Assembly (NCBI GenBank): GCA_963802945.1
Contig: CAWDKY010000027.1
Span: 128,001 to 192,000, forward strand
Reading direction: 5' to 3'
DNA from: an uncultured delta proteobacterium
GTDB taxonomy: Bacteria; Desulfobacterota; RBG-13-43-22
DNA: 64,000 nt
In this document: positions 61,091 to 64,000 of the stretch, piece by piece
Layout of the letters: each line of letters starts with the position of its first letter
Numbering within the stretch: the stretch's first letter is position 1
Program-made: the position numbers and the translations under genes
The notes under the pieces: generated by a model
What the model was told of the DNA's origin: nothing
Database searches by the model: none
The model's input: only the letters and a program-made list of their open reading frames with translations

Positions 61091-62335
61091 ATGGCTAATA
61101 AGAAGCATCTCGAAATATTTATGAAAGGCGTCAAAGTATGGAACAAATGGCGTAAAAGTAATCCTGAGGTGCGCCCAGACTTAAGCGGGGCTAATCTAAC
61201 TAAGGCAGAGTTTAGGGATATTAAGCATAACATTTACGCCGACTTACATAACACAGATTTGCCCAACGCTGATTTGTCTGGCGTTGATCTAATGCATTGC
61301 TATTTTCATGGTAGTGATTTGCGTGGTGTTAAGCTTAAAGGAGCAAGTCTCGTCCGAACAAATCTTACTAAATGCAATCTGAGTGGGGTAGATTTTACGG
61401 GCGCGGAAACACGCAAAGTATTTTTCAGTGAGTCTAACCTTACTTGCGCAAATCTCAGTGGAGCAAACCTACATCGAACATTCCTCGATAAAGCAGATCT
61501 TAGCGGGGCTAATTTGACTAATGTTAGTTTCTACTCGAGTCATGCTAAAGGAGCTAAATTCTTTGGGGCTAATATCCAGGGAATGGATATTAATGAGGAC
61601 GATTTCAGTGACATATTTGCCCTTGCGGAGGCTGATGGACTTGATCAAGTAGCCCCTCAAGGTCGTTATGTTGTTATTGATTATATTAGTAGAGCTTTCG
61701 AAGAAATTTATAAAAAGCGACCAGAAGGGCCGTACGGGCCAGACGGTCAAGACTATTCTCTAGATCGCCTTGATCAGGTCTCAAAGAAATTAAAAATTCT
61801 TCATTCAATTTATAATAATAAAGAAGTCCCTCAACAACTTATAAACGTTGTACAGGTTATTAGCGATGAATTAATCCTCTATCTACAAAAACATCCTTCC
61901 GCAATGTTTGAAATCAAGCCGAGACAATTTGAAGAACTGGTTGCTGAACTATTGGCCCACTTTGGATGGGAAGTTAATCTCACTCCAGCTACAAAAGATG
62001 GCGGTTACGACATATTTGCTATCTCTAAAGATATATCTGGCTTGCAAACTTCTTGGATTATCGAATGTAAAAAGTACAAGCCGGAGTTGAAAGTGGGTGT
62101 CGATATCGCTCGGGCCCTCTATGCAGTAAAAGGTGACTATCGTGTAGCAAATGCAATGCTTGCTACTACTTCTCATTTTTCAGCAGGAGTACACGCTTTT
62201 AAGTCTTCGCGCTATGACTTTGAACTTCGTGACTACGAAGCCATTCTCTCTTGGATAAATGAGTACCATCCCCGCCCGGAAAGTAAGATTTATGTAAAAG
62301 AGAACAGATTAATAACGCCCGATAGCAAAGACTGA
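61091..62335 (+). CDS. Pentapeptide-repeat + Mrr-like PD-(D/E)xK restriction endonuclease
   Basis: WNKWR...DLSGANL repeats; C-terminal PRQFEELVAELL...DGGYDI...IECKKY...TTS.FS. Confidence 0.85.
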   Translation: MANKKHLEIFMKGVKVWNKWRKSNPEVRPDLSGANLTKAEFRDIKHNIYADLHNTDLPNADLSGVDLMHCYFHGSDLRGVKLKGASLVRTNLTKCNLSGVDFTGAETRKVFFSESNLTCANLSGANLHRTFLDKADLSGANLTNVSFYSSHAKGAKFFGANIQGMDINEDDFSDIFALAEADGLDQVAPQGRYVVIDYISRAFEEIYKKRPEGPYGPDGQDYSLDRLDQVSKKLKILHSIYNNKEVPQQLINVVQVISDELILYLQKHPSAMFEIKPRQFEELVAELLAHFGWEVNLTPATKDGGYDIFAISKDISGLQTSWIIECKKYKPELKVGVDIARALYAVKGDYRVANAMLATTSHFSAGVHAFKSSRYDFELRDYEAILSWINEYHPRPESKIYVKENRLITPDSKD

Positions 62336-62646
62336 TTTGTAGAAGTTTCTTCACTATGCCCCGGCTTCACGGTCCAACCCTTATAAGGGGATCATTGGGG
62401 GGGTGAAGTATTGACATTTAGCAGAGAATAGGCAAAAATCATGGGGTCACCCATTAAAAAGCCACTGTCAAGAGGAAAAGGATCTCCGTATGCAAGAATG
62501 AGCAATTTTTTTCTTGCAGTGAAAAGACGTGATAGAACCGCCCGTAGGTTTTCAACGTCTTTACCCTTGCTGAAATTTCAAAGGTTGATGTGTCAGCAAG
62601 TATTTCACTGCACCAGTCACCCATCAGGATCAAGGTCATTGCGCAC

Positions 62647-62713
62647 GAATTCGGGGGACACAATACCAATTATCAATTATTTTTTTAAAAATTAGTATTG
62701 TGTCCCTGGATTC
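62647..62713. repeat. Short inverted-repeat element with 5-bp flanking direct repeat
   Basis: GGGACACAATACCAATT...AATTAGTATTGTGTCCC flanked by CGCAC on both sides. Confidence 0.65.
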
Positions 62714-62936
62714 CGCACCAGAATTGAGTAAAACGGTAATTGAAGGTTTCCCAAGTTTGCGTCTCGATCAGTTAACAACCGACTTTCAGAAAAAACTTTT
62801 TTGGCCGAGAAATCGGATTTTGCATTTAGCTGATTCGTCATTCAAATATGAAGATGCACTTCGTTGTTCCAATATTTCAACATTAGGAATCAAAATTCTT
62901 GAAGACATGGATACAGCCAAGCGCAATACTGGCTAA
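62714..62936 (+). pseudogene. 3' remnant of a cassette gene with an RxxxxH (HEPN-like) motif
   Basis: RNRILH; its stop overlaps the R'' of an attC and the 5' part is missing. Confidence 0.5.
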
Positions 62937-63027
62937 CCATCAGATCAAGCCGATCATCCCCTCAGCACTCGCCGTCCTACGGCGGCTCGTGGCTTTGGGT
63001 CTGTCGGCTTATCCTCATCCGTTGGAT
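62931..63027 (+). repeat. attC site
   Basis: GGCTAAC-catcagatcaagccga...tcggcttatcctcatcc-GTTGGAT. Confidence 0.85.
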
Positions 63028-63032
63028 GACAA

Positions 63033-63590
63033 GTGACAAGAGAAATGAAGGACTATACATCTAGACCAATTGATCGTTTCGCCTTTCGGTTCAAGAATTA
63101 CACTTATCGTCCTATTCGTTTATGCCTGGAGGATGGGCAAGGCCTAGCTGCGACGATCCTTCTGTGTTGCGCGATTGACTTGCTTGCAAAATTCAGCTCT
63201 GGCAACCCGAAGAACTCCGGAAATCGTCTAAAGTACGTCGCCTTCCTCAAACAGTATTTTCCGTCGGCTTATGATCCCGATACCTTTTACGAATTCGTGC
63301 GGTGCGGGCTTGTTCATAGCTACTCTATGGAAGACCAATACACAATCCTCTGCCGAGACGAACCGTGGGCGTGTCAGGTTCACCTACGTAATGATACGAA
63401 AACGGGGAAGATGGTAATAAACCCTTTCCAAATCCTCGCGGATCTTCAAAGGGCAGTCCGGCACTATGTCGAAGATGTCAAGGCCAGTGAAGTTAAAGCC
63501 GAGGCGTTTCTCCGTGTACACAAGACAATTCCTTTGAGACAGCAGGTATCGAGATGGAAGAAGCTCAAATATCTTGCAGTTGATAAATGA
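63033..63590 (+). CDS. Hypothetical HEPN-like protein (gene cassette)
   Basis: Helical pattern ATILLCCAIDLLA...F..Y...VRCGLVH (Rx4H). The cassette start GTTGGAT is complementary to its end ATCCAAC. Confidence 0.6.
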   Translation: MTREMKDYTSRPIDRFAFRFKNYTYRPIRLCLEDGQGLAATILLCCAIDLLAKFSSGNPKNSGNRLKYVAFLKQYFPSAYDPDTFYEFVRCGLVHSYSMEDQYTILCRDEPWACQVHLRNDTKTGKMVINPFQILADLQRAVRHYVEDVKASEVKAEAFLRVHKTIPLRQQVSRWKKLKYLAVDK

Positions 63591-63595
63591 AGATC

Positions 63596-63655
63596 ATCCA
63601 ACGAGGCGGTGCACCGGATCGCCGAAAAAACCGGCTCCCGGTGACCTCGTTGCCG
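63596..63655 (+). repeat. attC site (shortened right arm)
   Basis: ATCCAAC-gaggcggTGCACcggatcgccg...cggctcccggtgacc-GTTGCCG. Confidence 0.7.
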
Positions 63656-63682
63656 TGCAAGGAAATATCAGGGAGGTCTGAT

Positions 63683-64000
63683 ATGGAAAGAGATTTCAGC
63701 TTCTACGATGATGTGACGGGTTTCGAGCGATATCTCAATCTTCCACCGGGATCCCTGCGAAACATACCAATTTACGCGCGCAAACCAGCAATTGACGCCA
63801 TAATGAAAGTGCGAGAAATGGAGAAAGCTAGCCTCTTCCGTCCAGGTCTCTACTACATTGTACTTGCGGACCTCTGCGCCAACACTGCGTTTAACGCAAA
63901 ATACGGTGATGCCGAGGGTGACGTGAGGATTGAGTGGTTTCAGACGGCGGCCATTCAGTCTATAGGCGAAATCGAAGTCCGAAACTACGTCGCGTTTAGC
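63683..64000 (+). CDS. Partial ORF, possible class III nucleotidyl cyclase (gene cassette)
   Basis: GGAGG RBS; YIVLADLCANTAF...YGD resembles the first cyclase Asp motif; runs off the window. Confidence 0.45.
   Translation, partial: MERDFSFYDDVTGFERYLNLPPGSLRNIPIYARKPAIDAIMKVREMEKASLFRPGLYYIVLADLCANTAFNAKYGDAEGDVRIEWFQTAAIQSIGEIEVRNYVAFS

Larger units (their letters stand above)
61030..64000 (+). mobile_element. Integron-like cassette array 2 (no adjacent integrase; continues off window)
   Basis: AT-rich attI-like ...TAGAATAACTTG|TTGGCG at 61054, attC sites at 62931-63027 and 63596-63655, and co-oriented accessory ORFs. Confidence 0.75.

Noticed and set aside
1-64000. tRNA, rRNA or prophage genes
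   Set aside because: None were recognisable by eye; a tRNAscan-SE run would be needed to exclude tRNAs fully.

Overview
This window is a chromosomal segment of an anaerobic deltaproteobacterium (Desulfobacterota-like; inferred from the split atpZ-atpI-atpB-atpE F0 operon, a Geobacter-type pilin and a selenoprotein). Core genes include cobT, mscL, the F0 atp genes, uvrA, pdxA, tatA, lemA/TPM and ctpA. Two integron-like cassette arrays without an adjacent integrase point away from each other: array 1 on the minus strand (~7.6-14.8 kb) and array 2 on the plus strand (from ~61.0 kb to the window end). They carry toxin-antitoxin and probable defence cassettes. The most unusual signal is in array 1: three near-identical ~145-bp ORF-less modules, each joining a GGGTCAGCCCT(TGAC) hairpin to a complete attC site. 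Each module is fused after GAGAA to a different truncated neighbour, one of which is the 5' remnant of a REP-associated tyrosine (HUH/Y1) transposase and another the first half of a native attC. This suggests RAYT-driven mobilisation of attC sites. Other highlights: a selenocysteine-containing CoA-disulfide reductase/NADH oxidase (in-frame TGA plus SECIS hairpin); an M-box riboswitch operon (NRAMP-like carrier, small ORF, soluble MgtE-N/CBS protein, porin); an 853-bp recent duplication placing the same REC-PAS input on a GGDEF and an HD-GYP enzyme; toxin-deleted TA cassettes; an intact IS30; and several MITE-like elements. Several single-base frameshifts may be long-read assembly errors. All family calls come from motif recognition by eye; no searches were run.
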